A stretch of 64,000 nucleotides of DNA from an uncultured delta proteobacterium (lineage in GTDB: Bacteria > Desulfobacterota > Desulfobacteria > Desulfobacterales > JAFDCJ01): the NCBI GenBank assembly GCA_963769935.1, contig CAVYNY010000003.1, positions 32,001 through 96,000 on the forward strand, given 5' to 3'. Positions 29,255-38,771 of the stretch are shown piece after piece (within the stretch, counting starts at the first letter, position 1; the number at the start of each line of letters is the position of its first letter). The notes under the pieces are model-generated. The model had not been told where the DNA came from and made no database searches. It saw nothing but the letters and a program-made list of their open reading frames with translations. A program made the translations under genes and the position numbers.

Positions 29255-32200
29255 ATGATTAGAGGACATAAAAAAATAGCGCTGTTGACGATATTGCTCT
29301 GGCTGGCCGGCGGCATTTCCCTGCCTGCCCTTGCTGAAAATCATGCCCTGCTGATCGGTATCGGCAAATACCGGCAGCGCACACTGGAGGGGCCGCCCTA
29401 TGATGTTGCGGCGCTTTCTCGAGTGCTTGCGGCGCAGTATGATTTTCAAAAGGAAAATATCCGTACGCTCGTAAATGAAGAAGCCGTCAAGTCCAGAATC
29501 CTTTCTGAGATCGAGCGTCTGACGCATCACACCCATCCCGGAGACCGGGTATTCATTTATTTCAGCGGTCACGGAACCAGCCGCCGGGATGAAGTGCTGG
29601 CGCTTCCGCTGCCGTACAGCACCGGTGCGCTGGTGCCGGCTGATTTTGAGGCTGATCCCGCTCAACCGGTTGAAAAACTGCTGTCGCAGCTGATCATCGG
29701 CAGACGCGACCTGCGGCCGGCGCTGGAGCGACTTGATCGGGACCGACAGGTCCTGATGGTTTTTGATACCTGTTTTTCAGGCAATACCATCCGAGCCATT
29801 GGAAATCATAAAACCGCAAATTTAAGCCGCTACCTCCCGCTGCCGTCAAGAAGTGTCTTCAAAGCGGAGCGGGAAATTGGAAGCTTTGAGGAAAATTTGA
29901 ATCTGGATGACCCATATCCCTATCAAAATATTTTTTATATTTCGGCGGCTTCGGAAAATGAAGTCGCCAAGGATATCCAAAAAGATACCTTGGACTTATA
30001 TCCGACCATTGACGGCAATCCCCATGGGGTTCTGACGGACGCCCTTTTAAGGGTGCTGGCGGGACAAATGCGCGTCGACACCGACAACGACGGCCGGTGG
30101 AGCCAGATTGAGCTGTATGCGGCTGTCAAAAAAGAGGTTCAACGGCGCTTCCAACAATCGCCGCAGGCCTTGCCCAAGGTAGGGACCCGCACCGATCGGC
30201 TGTATTCGAGAACCTTTTTTGTGCGTTCGGCAAAAGCGGTTGCCACAGCAGGCGGGCACCCGGCCGAACCGGCGCCCGGCCGCCAGGGCGCGAATTATCA
30301 ATCGGGTTATTCTTCTTCCCATGCGCTGGTGGTTGGCATAAACGAATATCGACACTGGCCGCGGCTCGAATATGCCGCCAATGATGCCAGGGCAATGGCC
30401 GCCAGGTTGAAAGCACAGGGCTTTCAGACTTACCTGCTCACCGATGAGCAGGCCACGCTGAAAAATATTCTGGCCGGACTGGAAACGATTCGCCGCAGCA
30501 TTGATGAGAATTCACGGATGATGTTCTATTTTGCCGGGCACGGTCAGACCGAGGACCTGCCTGGAGGACGGGAAAGAGGGTATATCGTGCCGGTGGATGC
30601 GGATGCCTACAACTGGCAGCGTACGATGCTGCCCATGGATCGGTTGAATCAAACTATCAGGCAGTTCAAAGCCAAACATATCCTTATGGCCTTTGACTCC
30701 TGTTACTCCGGACTGGGGTTGACTCGCTCGATAAAAGGTCGTCCCGATCCGGATTCCGCCTACATTCAGAAAATGATGCACTCCCGAAGTATTCAGATAC
30801 TGACAGCGGGCAGCCGTTCCGAGCAGGCCATTGAAGCTGCCGGCCACGGACTGTTCACGGACCAACTGCTGGCCGCCCTCGCGGGGGCGGCGGATATTAA
30901 TTCCGACGGATACATTACGGCGACCGAAATTTATGCCACCCTGCGTCCGGCCATAACCCAGAAGTCCTATAGCCGCCAGACCCCGCAGTTCGGCTATATC
31001 GAGGGCAACGGCGATATTATTTTTCTTAATACTTCCCGCGAACCAGAACCTGCCGCCGTTGTTGTTGATACTGCAATTAGCGGCATCGACGTATGGGCCG
31101 GCACCTCTGAAATCGGTCACCGCCTGCCGGCCGGACGGCATCAGTTACCGGCTCTTGCGGGGCAAACAGCTCTGATCGTTAAAAAGGGCGGACGCACCCT
31201 TTATCGAAAGAATGTGCTGCTGTCCGCCAACAGGGTGTTTTCAATCCAGATCGGCGCAACCATTGCGACATCACACCCGCCGGAAGCATTTTCCACGATT
31301 ACTATTGCCAATCATAGCGTCGACAATTATTCAAATTCGATTGCCTATGATCTGGACGGTGACGGCCGGGAGGAGATGGTGACCGCCTCGGATAACCGGC
31401 TTTTTGCTTTCAGGTCCGACGGCACCATCATCTGGGAAAAAAAATTCCATTTCCCGATCACCTTGGATCTGATTGATGACTGGAATTCGCAGCCGGCCAT
31501 TGGGCTGTCCGCCGTGAATGAGGATACAGTTCACCTGGTGCTGCTTGACCAGCGGGGAGAGCAAATTTGGCAGCATGTCCGAAAACTTACCCGCTATTAC
31601 AACGGCAAAACCGACGGCGGGGGAAAGATTGCCGGGCTGGCGGACGTCGACCGGGACGGCCGCCAGGACGTCGTGGCCTTTGCCACGGCAGAATACACCT
31701 TAAAGCCCCGCGGCATCATCGTGTACGACGGTCGTGCCCGTGAACTGTGGCGCTACACAATCGGACCCGCTCCACAAAGCATCGTTGTCTGGCAAAAAGA
31801 TTCAGGACGACCCGACATCATCATCGGAACGTACAGCCCGGGCGACGGAAATCGCGACTTAACCAACAACACCAGCGATATGCAAACCTACATCATCAGT
31901 GTCGACGGTTTTGGCAAAGCAAACTGGCAGATCCCGGTCGGCGGGTTTTACAGCGGGGTTGTCGTGCTGCCGGCCGGTCTGAAGGACCCTGCCCGTCGCT
32001 TTCTTTACGCCCATACCTATACGTCATCTCTTTATCGGGAAGATGTCGGCGCCATATATAAGATCTCACGATCCGGTCAAGTTCTTAATCGCTTTGAGAC
32101 CCAAAATTCAATTTTAAGTGTGGCGGTTGCTGAAGCTGACCAAAATGGACGGGAATATCTGTATGCGGCCGATAACAAGGGCAACCTGTTAAGACTGGAT

Positions 32201-32563
32201 GAGCGCTTGAATCTGCTCCAGAGAAAGCCCTTGACTGCTGGACCGGCTGCTTCCCAGGTCAGACTGGTGGGGGTTCATGATTATGACGGCGATGGTTATA
32301 AAGACCTATTGCTTTACTCCTTTAATCGCCTGCTGTCCGCCAAGAATCCTCTGGCAGAAACGGGTCCGAATGACGCCGGGTTCTTCTCCCAGTTAAAGTT
32401 TCAGGTCATTTCAAAGGACTTTTCCAGGGTTTTGAAGAGTGTAACCATTGCCGCAGAATGGGAAAAATGGCGGGGATTTGCCGTCAAGGACCTGGACCGA
32501 CCGGATACGACGTATTATCCGTTTATGGCACTGAGCGATAAATTAACGATATTTAACTACTAA
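29255..32563 (+). CDS. Exported tandem double-caspase (two C14 domains) protein with a C-terminal FG-GAP/VCBS-like beta-propeller
   Basis: Signal peptide; dyads FSGHG/FDTCFSG and FAGHG/FDSCYSG; repeats DLDGDGREE, DVDRDGRQD, DYDGDGYKD. Confidence 0.9.
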   Translation: MIRGHKKIALLTILLWLAGGISLPALAENHALLIGIGKYRQRTLEGPPYDVAALSRVLAAQYDFQKENIRTLVNEEAVKSRILSEIERLTHHTHPGDRVFIYFSGHGTSRRDEVLALPLPYSTGALVPADFEADPAQPVEKLLSQLIIGRRDLRPALERLDRDRQVLMVFDTCFSGNTIRAIGNHKTANLSRYLPLPSRSVFKAEREIGSFEENLNLDDPYPYQNIFYISAASENEVAKDIQKDTLDLYPTIDGNPHGVLTDALLRVLAGQMRVDTDNDGRWSQIELYAAVKKEVQRRFQQSPQALPKVGTRTDRLYSRTFFVRSAKAVATAGGHPAEPAPGRQGANYQSGYSSSHALVVGINEYRHWPRLEYAANDARAMAARLKAQGFQTYLLTDEQATLKNILAGLETIRRSIDENSRMMFYFAGHGQTEDLPGGRERGYIVPVDADAYNWQRTMLPMDRLNQTIRQFKAKHILMAFDSCYSGLGLTRSIKGRPDPDSAYIQKMMHSRSIQILTAGSRSEQAIEAAGHGLFTDQLLAALAGAADINSDGYITATEIYATLRPAITQKSYSRQTPQFGYIEGNGDIIFLNTSREPEPAAVVVDTAISGIDVWAGTSEIGHRLPAGRHQLPALAGQTALIVKKGGRTLYRKNVLLSANRVFSIQIGATIATSHPPEAFSTITIANHSVDNYSNSIAYDLDGDGREEMVTASDNRLFAFRSDGTIIWEKKFHFPITLDLIDDWNSQPAIGLSAVNEDTVHLVLLDQRGEQIWQHVRKLTRYYNGKTDGGGKIAGLADVDRDGRQDVVAFATAEYTLKPRGIIVYDGRARELWRYTIGPAPQSIVVWQKDSGRPDIIIGTYSPGDGNRDLTNNTSDMQTYIISVDGFGKANWQIPVGGFYSGVVVLPAGLKDPARRFLYAHTYTSSLYREDVGAIYKISRSGQVLNRFETQNSILSVAVAEADQNGREYLYAADNKGNLLRLDERLNLLQRKPLTAGPAASQVRLVGVHDYDGDGYKDLLLYSFNRLLSAKNPLAETGPNDAGFFSQLKFQVISKDFSRVLKSVTIAAEWEKWRGFAVKDLDRPDTTYYPFMALSDKLTIFNY

Positions 32564-32572
32564 CAGACGACG

Positions 32573-32601
32573 GTAAACAAAATCGACGCGTCGTGCGTCT
32601 A
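32573..32601 (+). promoter_or_regulatory. Putative ECF promoter, class A (GTAAAC-N17-CGTCTA)
   Basis: Matches the 16769 motif; about 95 nt upstream of the glycine-zipper gene. Confidence 0.55.
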
Positions 32602-32697
32602 TCAGGCTAAAATTCGACAAACCAAAACCTATGGGAACCGGCACACTGCGGGTGTCCGGCAATCAACCAGCCGCTGCACAGAAAGGAGGACGTCCAG

Positions 32698-33135
32698 GTG
32701 AAAACAATATCAAAAGGCATTTTTATTTTAATTGGATTGGTTATTGTTGCATCATGCGCCGGCCGACAATACGATCGTTACAATACCCAGCGCGGTGCGG
32801 CAATCGGCGCCGGCTTTGGCGCACTGACGGGACAGCTTATCGGCCGCGATACCAGAAGCACGCTTATCGGTGCCGGTGTCGGGACCCTGGTGGGCGCTAT
32901 CTTCGGAAACGCAGTTGATCAGGAGCGCCAGATTGCCAGAGAAGCGGCCGTAACGAATAGAAGAATTGTTTACTACGATCAGCAGGAAGGCCACGCTCTC
33001 GAAGCGATCCCCGGCCCCGAGGACCGGCACACAAAATGCCGCAAAGTAACCAAACGCGAGTGGGACAAGGGGTATCTTGTCAGCGAGCGAGTTGAAGAAA
33101 TTTGTGAGGGGGAAAAGGTATCACAAATGTATTAA
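32698..33135 (+). CDS. Glycine-zipper lipoprotein
   Basis: Lipobox VASC; GAAIGAGFGALTGQLIG...LIGAGVGTLVGAIFG; AGGAGG RBS. Confidence 0.88.
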   Translation: MKTISKGIFILIGLVIVASCAGRQYDRYNTQRGAAIGAGFGALTGQLIGRDTRSTLIGAGVGTLVGAIFGNAVDQERQIAREAAVTNRRIVYYDQQEGHALEAIPGPEDRHTKCRKVTKREWDKGYLVSERVEEICEGEKVSQMY

Positions 33136-33246
33136 AAAGAAGGGATCTTTTATATTCACCGAGCAGCGACTTTCAGCTTGCACCTAATCTCTTTCAGGGA
33201 GGATTAGATTAATTTACTTATCGATCCGTCAACCAATCAGCTTAAT

Positions 33247-34545
33247 CTAATCCGGCAGCAGATCATAAAAGTAGAGCATGGCATCCGACCGGGTGATAAT
33301 TCCGATAATCCGGCCCTTTTCCACAACCGGCAGCCGGCCGATGTCATGCTTCACCATCAGACGGGCAGCCTGCATGGGGCTTTTGCCGGGTTCGATAGCC
33401 AGAGCGTCGGGCGTCATAAACGCTTTGACCGGTGCCTTTAGCTGGGACTCTTTTTTAACCTTGCGAAAATCACGCCTGGAAATCATACCCACCAGTCTTT
33501 TATTGTTGACCACCGGCAGTCCGGTACAACCTTTTTCTTTTAAAATCCGAGCCACTTTTTCCATTGATGTGTCGCCGGTTACGGTAAATACTGGAAACGA
33601 CATTAAATCGCTGATCTGGACGGAGGCCTGCTGATTGCCCCTGATCAGCTCTTTTATCCACTTTTCAACTGCAGCGGGATTGACCGATTTCAGCAGCGCG
33701 GCCCCGGCATTGGGATGTCCGCCGCCGCCCATGCTGCGCGTAATGGCGCCCACATCGAAGCCTTCAACTGAACTGCGCCCGATTACCATGCAGCGCTCGC
33801 GGACCGCCTCGGAGAATATGCCGAAAGCTGCATCGACATTGACGATATCCATGTACATGTTGACGACGACCGCCAGGCTGTCCACGTAACCTTCGACGTC
33901 GATTTTATTGATGCTGACCGAGTGACCGTTGATTTTGATACGCTTGGCGGTCTGCAGCATTTTGAACAAAATATCTTTTTGTTTCTCACCGTAGGCAGGT
34001 CGCAAAAAGGTGCTTATGATATTCAAGTCAGCCTTGCGATCCAGTAAATATCCGGCTGCGTAAGCATCTTCGGCTCCGGTGGAGGGAAACGTCAGGTTGC
34101 CGGTATCTTCATAAATACCTGCCAGCAGCAGCGTAGCCTGAATGGGCGTCACTACTTTGCCTTCTTTTCTCAGCTGCCGCACCAGAAGGGTAACGGTGGC
34201 GCCGGCAGGCTCCTGGCATAGAAAGTCTGCGGAGATATTCCCCTCGTTGGTGTGATGATCCCATAAAAAGATTTCAAGATCGGTCCGGTCTCTGAGGGTT
34301 GCCATGCGATCGAGGCGTTCCCATTTATTGACGTCAACCACGATCAGCCGGCTAATTTTGGACGGATTGATGTCATCCAACGTACTAACCTGCAAAAGAT
34401 CTTTATGAATGGACAAAAAGGCTTTCACGTTGGGGTTTAAATTCTTCGGCAGGACCGGGATGGCGGCGGGATAGAGAATGGTTGCGGCGATAACGCTGGC
34501 CAGGGCATCAAAGTCGGTGTTTTTGTGAGTGGTTACAATCTGCAT
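33247..34545 (-). CDS. DHH/DHHA1 phosphoesterase with a C-terminal CBS pair
   Basis: THKNTDFDA, WDHH, EDTG, GGGGH and two CBS domains. Confidence 0.9.
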   Translation of the reverse strand: MQIVTTHKNTDFDALASVIAATILYPAAIPVLPKNLNPNVKAFLSIHKDLLQVSTLDDINPSKISRLIVVDVNKWERLDRMATLRDRTDLEIFLWDHHTNEGNISADFLCQEPAGATVTLLVRQLRKEGKVVTPIQATLLLAGIYEDTGNLTFPSTGAEDAYAAGYLLDRKADLNIISTFLRPAYGEKQKDILFKMLQTAKRIKINGHSVSINKIDVEGYVDSLAVVVNMYMDIVNVDAAFGIFSEAVRERCMVIGRSSVEGFDVGAITRSMGGGGHPNAGAALLKSVNPAAVEKWIKELIRGNQQASVQISDLMSFPVFTVTGDTSMEKVARILKEKGCTGLPVVNNKRLVGMISRRDFRKVKKESQLKAPVKAFMTPDALAIEPGKSPMQAARLMVKHDIGRLPVVEKGRIIGIITRSDAMLYFYDLLPD

Positions 34546-34744
34546 TTAATGAAATTATACCCGACTGGAGGCAAAATGCAAAGAAAAAGGTAGATTGACT
34601 CCGGCAATGGTATTATTGATAGACAATGCTTCCGGCAAACTAAAACCGATCCTCTGTTGACAGATCCTATAGGTTTGATATTAAAGCCGGAAGAGATAAT
34701 TTACCATCACCTGCCTGCAAATTAAAACCATTGTTTGCAATATT

Positions 34745-35308
34745 GTGAATCCCATGAATAAAGTCATTTTATCGGTTTTGGGGCATGATCGTCCCGGAAT
34801 TGTGGCGGCAGTCGCCAATGTTCTATTCGAGCAAAACTGCAATATTGAAAATGTCAGCCAGACGATCCTGCAAACCGAGTTCGCGGGATCATTCATCGTG
34901 ACCCTGCCACCGGGTTTGCCTTTGGACAGACTGCGCGACATTCTGATTGCAGAACTGGCGCAAATGGAAATGCATGTGCATATCAAGCCGCTGGCCGACC
35001 CAGCGGCAGCACCGGCATCAAAAGCGTGCGAACCGTTTGTCATCACAACCAGAGGTCCGGACCGCAAGGGCCTTGTGGCCGGCATCAGCGCCACTATCGC
35101 CCGCTACGGTGTAAATATCACCAACTTACTGGCAGTCTTCAAAGGTGGCGATGAACCCGGCAATAATATTATGATCTACGAGGTGGAAATCCCCACCGAT
35201 ATCGACCAGAATGCCTTTTACCACGACCTCAGAGAAAAGGCCGCCGCCCTGGGGCTGGATATCAGTATCCAGCACCGCAATATTTTTGAAAGTATCAATA
35301 GAATCTGA
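34745..35308 (+). CDS. Tandem ACT-domain protein (GcvR-like)
   Basis: LGHDRPGIVA and GPDRKGLVA ACT motifs; IQHRNIF C-terminus typical of DUF711 partners. Confidence 0.85.
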   Translation: MNPMNKVILSVLGHDRPGIVAAVANVLFEQNCNIENVSQTILQTEFAGSFIVTLPPGLPLDRLRDILIAELAQMEMHVHIKPLADPAAAPASKACEPFVITTRGPDRKGLVAGISATIARYGVNITNLLAVFKGGDEPGNNIMIYEVEIPTDIDQNAFYHDLREKAAALGLDISIQHRNIFESINRI

Positions 35309-35324
35309 AATAGAAAGGCTTCTC

Positions 35325-36698
35325 ATGCTAACCGACAGAGAAATCATCTCCACCCTGGAAATGCTAGAAAATGAAAATTTAGATGTCCGCACGGTAACTC
35401 TGGGGATCAACCTGTTGGATTGTGCCAGCCAGACTTTGGAAACTTTAAAAAATAATATAAATATTAGACTTAACCAGCTGGCTAAAAATCTGGTGGTTGT
35501 CTGCGATCGCATCGGTCAAAAATATGGCATCCCCGTGGTGAATAAACGCATTGCTGTCAGCCCGATAGCGGTCGTGGGAGCCGCTCTTTCCTCATCTCAG
35601 CTGGTTGAGATTGCCCAAACCCTCAATGCCGCGGCGCAGCGGGTAAATGTTGATTTCATCGGTGGTTTCTCGGCGCTGGTTCAAAAAGGTATGGCCCGCG
35701 GCGACCGTGCCCTTATTGAAGCCATCCCCCACGCCCTGGCGGCCACTGAGCGGGTGTGTGCGTCCGTTAATGTGGCTTCCACCCGGGCGGGCATCAACAT
35801 GGATGCGGTCCTGCTCATGGGGAAAACCATCAAGCAGGCAGCCGAGCTGACCGCCGACCAAGACGGTCTGGCCTGTGCCAAGCTGTGTGTATTTGCCAAC
35901 ATCCCACAGGATATTCCATTTATGGCCGGTGCCTATCTGGGTATAGGGGAAGGCGATGCGGTCATCAACGTCGGCGTGAGCGGTCCGGGGGTCGTGAAAA
36001 AGGCGATTGACCGTGCGCTCGAGGCCGATCCTGATCTAGACCTGGGAGAAATATCGGAACTGATAAAGAAAACCGCTTATAAAGTGACGCGCGTGGGCGA
36101 ATTAATCGGCCGGGAAGTTGCGAACAGCCTGAAGATACCCTTCGGTGTGGTGGATTTATCACTGGCCCCAACGCCCAATGTCGGCGACAGCGTCGGTGAA
36201 ATTTTTCAGAGTCTGGGCCTATTGAGCATCGGTGTTCCGGGAACTACCGCCGCCCTTGCGCTCTTGAACGACGCCGTTAAAAAAGGAGGGGCATTTGCCA
36301 GTTCGCGGGTAGGCGGCCTGAGCGGCGCGTTTATCCCGGTCAGCGAGGATCTCAATATATCCGAAGCGGTCCGCAACGGCCACCTCGGCCTTGACAAGCT
36401 GGAGGCCATCACCAGTGTTTGTTCGGTGGGGCTGGATATGGTAGCCATCCCCGGAGACACATCCGCCGAAAACATCGCCGCCGTCATTGCCGATGAAATG
36501 GCCATCGGGGTTATCAATAATAAAACCACCGCGGCCCGGTTAATACCAGTCCCCGGAAAGGCTGCCGGTGACAATGCTTATTTTGGCGGCCTGCTCGGAC
36601 AATCCACCATAATGCCCGTCAACAATGGACAAGGGGTCAATCGTTTTATCCGTCACGGCGGTTTAATACCCGCGCCGTTGCAGAGCCTGACGAACTGA
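35325..36698 (+). CDS. PFL family protein (UPF0210/DUF711)
   Basis: LDVRTVTLGINLLDC, GIPVVNKRI, PFMAGA, VGGLSGAFIPVSED. Confidence 0.92.
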   Translation: MLTDREIISTLEMLENENLDVRTVTLGINLLDCASQTLETLKNNINIRLNQLAKNLVVVCDRIGQKYGIPVVNKRIAVSPIAVVGAALSSSQLVEIAQTLNAAAQRVNVDFIGGFSALVQKGMARGDRALIEAIPHALAATERVCASVNVASTRAGINMDAVLLMGKTIKQAAELTADQDGLACAKLCVFANIPQDIPFMAGAYLGIGEGDAVINVGVSGPGVVKKAIDRALEADPDLDLGEISELIKKTAYKVTRVGELIGREVANSLKIPFGVVDLSLAPTPNVGDSVGEIFQSLGLLSIGVPGTTAALALLNDAVKKGGAFASSRVGGLSGAFIPVSEDLNISEAVRNGHLGLDKLEAITSVCSVGLDMVAIPGDTSAENIAAVIADEMAIGVINNKTTAARLIPVPGKAAGDNAYFGGLLGQSTIMPVNNGQGVNRFIRHGGLIPAPLQSLTN

Positions 36699-36754
36699 TG
36701 CGGCTGTCGAAAATCTCAGATATCCGGTCTGAATCTTAAAAGCGGTGTTTAAAG

Positions 36755-37555
36755 ATGCGCTTCAATATCAGAGCAAACAGGATCTGGTCTCCGGCCATGG
36801 ATGTCCTCAAATATTTGCTGCTGGTGACGGCTGTTACCTGGCTGATGGTCAACAGCACCAGACAACTGGGATATCACTGGCAATGGTACCGGGTGCCGCA
36901 GTACCTTTACACCCTAAAAGACGGACATTTTGTCAGCGGGCCTCTTATCGCGGGTTTGATGGTAACCCTGCGCATTACGGGCGTCAGTCTCATACTGGCA
37001 TTTAGCTTCGGTCTGGTGACGGCGCTTTTGCGACTTTCCAACTCACTGGTAGGCAAAGTGATTTCGCGCGGGTATATAGAAGTCATCCGCAACACGCCGT
37101 TGCTGGTCCAGCTGTTTTTTATATATTTTGTATTGTCGCCGGTTTTTAATATTAATGCGTTTACCTCCGCCGTGCTGGCCTTGAGTCTTTTCGAAGGCGC
37201 CTATGCCTCGGAAATATTTCGCGCGGGAATTGTCTCCATCCATCAGGGGCAATGGGAAGCCGCCTCCAGCATCGGATTGAACACCCGCCAGACCTATCGG
37301 TTTATCATTTTACCCCAGGCGATTCGGCGAATCATTCCGCCGCTGACCAGCCAGGCAGTTTCACTGATAAAGGATTCAGCGCTGGTCAGCACCATTGCCA
37401 TTTACGATCTAACCATGCGCGGTCAAGCCATCATCGCTGAAACGTTTCTGGTTTTTGAAATCTGGTTCACGGTGGCCGCGATGTATCTGATCATTACGTT
37501 GATCTTGTCCTTGACCGTCTTTTATATGGAAAAGAGATTTAAAGTGGAACATTAA
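36755..37555 (+). CDS. Polar amino acid ABC transporter permease
   Basis: IRNTPLLVQ, SEIFRAG...GQWEAA, IILPQA, KDSAL. Confidence 0.93.
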   Translation: MRFNIRANRIWSPAMDVLKYLLLVTAVTWLMVNSTRQLGYHWQWYRVPQYLYTLKDGHFVSGPLIAGLMVTLRITGVSLILAFSFGLVTALLRLSNSLVGKVISRGYIEVIRNTPLLVQLFFIYFVLSPVFNINAFTSAVLALSLFEGAYASEIFRAGIVSIHQGQWEAASSIGLNTRQTYRFIILPQAIRRIIPPLTSQAVSLIKDSALVSTIAIYDLTMRGQAIIAETFLVFEIWFTVAAMYLIITLILSLTVFYMEKRFKVEH

Positions 37556-37598
37556 GAAAACTTGACAAACTATATCAACAAGAACAAAGGAGGTTGGT

Positions 37599-38432
37599 AT
37601 GAAAAGCTTCAAAACTGGAATGGCGGCGATTGTCGCGTGGGCGTTGGTTTTTGGTCCGGCGGGATTTGCAAAGGCTGAAAATGTTCAACAGGAATTAATC
37701 GACCAGAGCACGGTGGAACAGGTTATCAAACGGGGAATCCTCACAGTCGGCATGTCGACATTCGTTCCCTGGGCCATGAAAGATAAAACCGGCAAACTGA
37801 TCGGTTTTGAGATCGATGTTGCCAACCAGCTGGCCCAAGACATGGGGGTGAAGATCGAATTTGTGCCCACCAAATGGGCCGGCATTATCCCGGCGCTTTT
37901 GACCGGAAAATTTGATGTGATCATCGGCGGCATGAGTGTTCGACCGGATCGCAACCTGAAGGTCAACTTCAGCATTCCTTATGACTTCGCCGGTCAATCA
38001 CTGGTGGCCAATAAGAAGCTGGCGGCGGGCTTTACCAGTCTCAAAGATTTCGATCGGCCCGATGTGGTGATAGCGGCCAGGCTCGGCGCAACCTCCGCCG
38101 ATGCGGCCAATAAATTTTTGCCCAAAGCTCAAAAGCGTTTTTTTGACGACGAAGCCCAGGTCATCCAGGAAGTCCTTAACGGGAGAGCCCATGCAGCAGT
38201 GGCTTCCGCGCCCTTACCGGCTTTTCAGGCGCTTAAATATCCGGATAAACTCTTTTTGCCCTTTCAAGGAACCTTCACCAAGGAACCCATTGGTTTTGCG
38301 GTCAGAAAAGGAGATTTTGATACGCTCAATTATTTTAACAACTGGATTCGGGTAACCGAAGCCAAAGGTTGGTTGGCGGAGCGCAAGCACTACTGGTTTG
38401 AAACCAATGATTGGGAGGGGATGCTGAAGTAA
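37599..38432 (+). CDS. Polar amino acid ABC transporter substrate-binding protein
   Basis: Signal peptide, GFEIDVA, GKFDVIIGGM, GFAVRKGD. Confidence 0.93.
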   Translation: MKSFKTGMAAIVAWALVFGPAGFAKAENVQQELIDQSTVEQVIKRGILTVGMSTFVPWAMKDKTGKLIGFEIDVANQLAQDMGVKIEFVPTKWAGIIPALLTGKFDVIIGGMSVRPDRNLKVNFSIPYDFAGQSLVANKKLAAGFTSLKDFDRPDVVIAARLGATSADAANKFLPKAQKRFFDDEAQVIQEVLNGRAHAAVASAPLPAFQALKYPDKLFLPFQGTFTKEPIGFAVRKGDFDTLNYFNNWIRVTEAKGWLAERKHYWFETNDWEGMLK

Positions 38433-38440
38433 CAGCAGAA

Positions 38441-38770
38441 AGGTGTCGGCAAAAAATGGTTTCAGGTTTCAGCCCAGCCGCCGGCCAAAACAACGGCCGG
38501 TCTGATCAAAAAAGAAACAGAATAGTTCACCACAGAGCCCGCAGCCTCCGGCCCATAGGGCCTACGCCCCGGTGGGAGAACGCCGAGGAAGAAAACGTTA
38601 ATTAATCTCCGCGCTCTCTGCGCTCTCAGCGGTGAGACACTTCATAAAAATCGCATCGAATTTAAGGATATTTATGTCTTGATTTCACTTATCATACGTA
38701 AAACCTGACTCCTGAAACCTGAAACCTCTAACCTAATATAAATCCGACACCAGAAATCTGAAACTTGAAA
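38441..38770 (-). repeat. Dispersed MITE-like element, copy 2, flanked by inverted (ctgaaac)n arrays and carrying an insert of about 32 bp
   Basis: Reverse complement matches 26441-26615; extra gcctccggcccatagggcctacgccccggtg at about 38543-38574. Confidence 0.8.
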
Positions 38771-38771
38771 G

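Noticed and set aside
26734..32563. Gasdermin-, CBASS- or Craspase-type caspase defence system
   Set aside because: No gasdermin, cyclase, NLR or Cas gene is recognisable, and both proteases have signal peptides.
16500..33200. Calling the caspase cluster a mobile genomic island
   Set aside because: No integrase, transposase, att repeats or obvious compositional shift, and it contains the host's own intergenic repeats.
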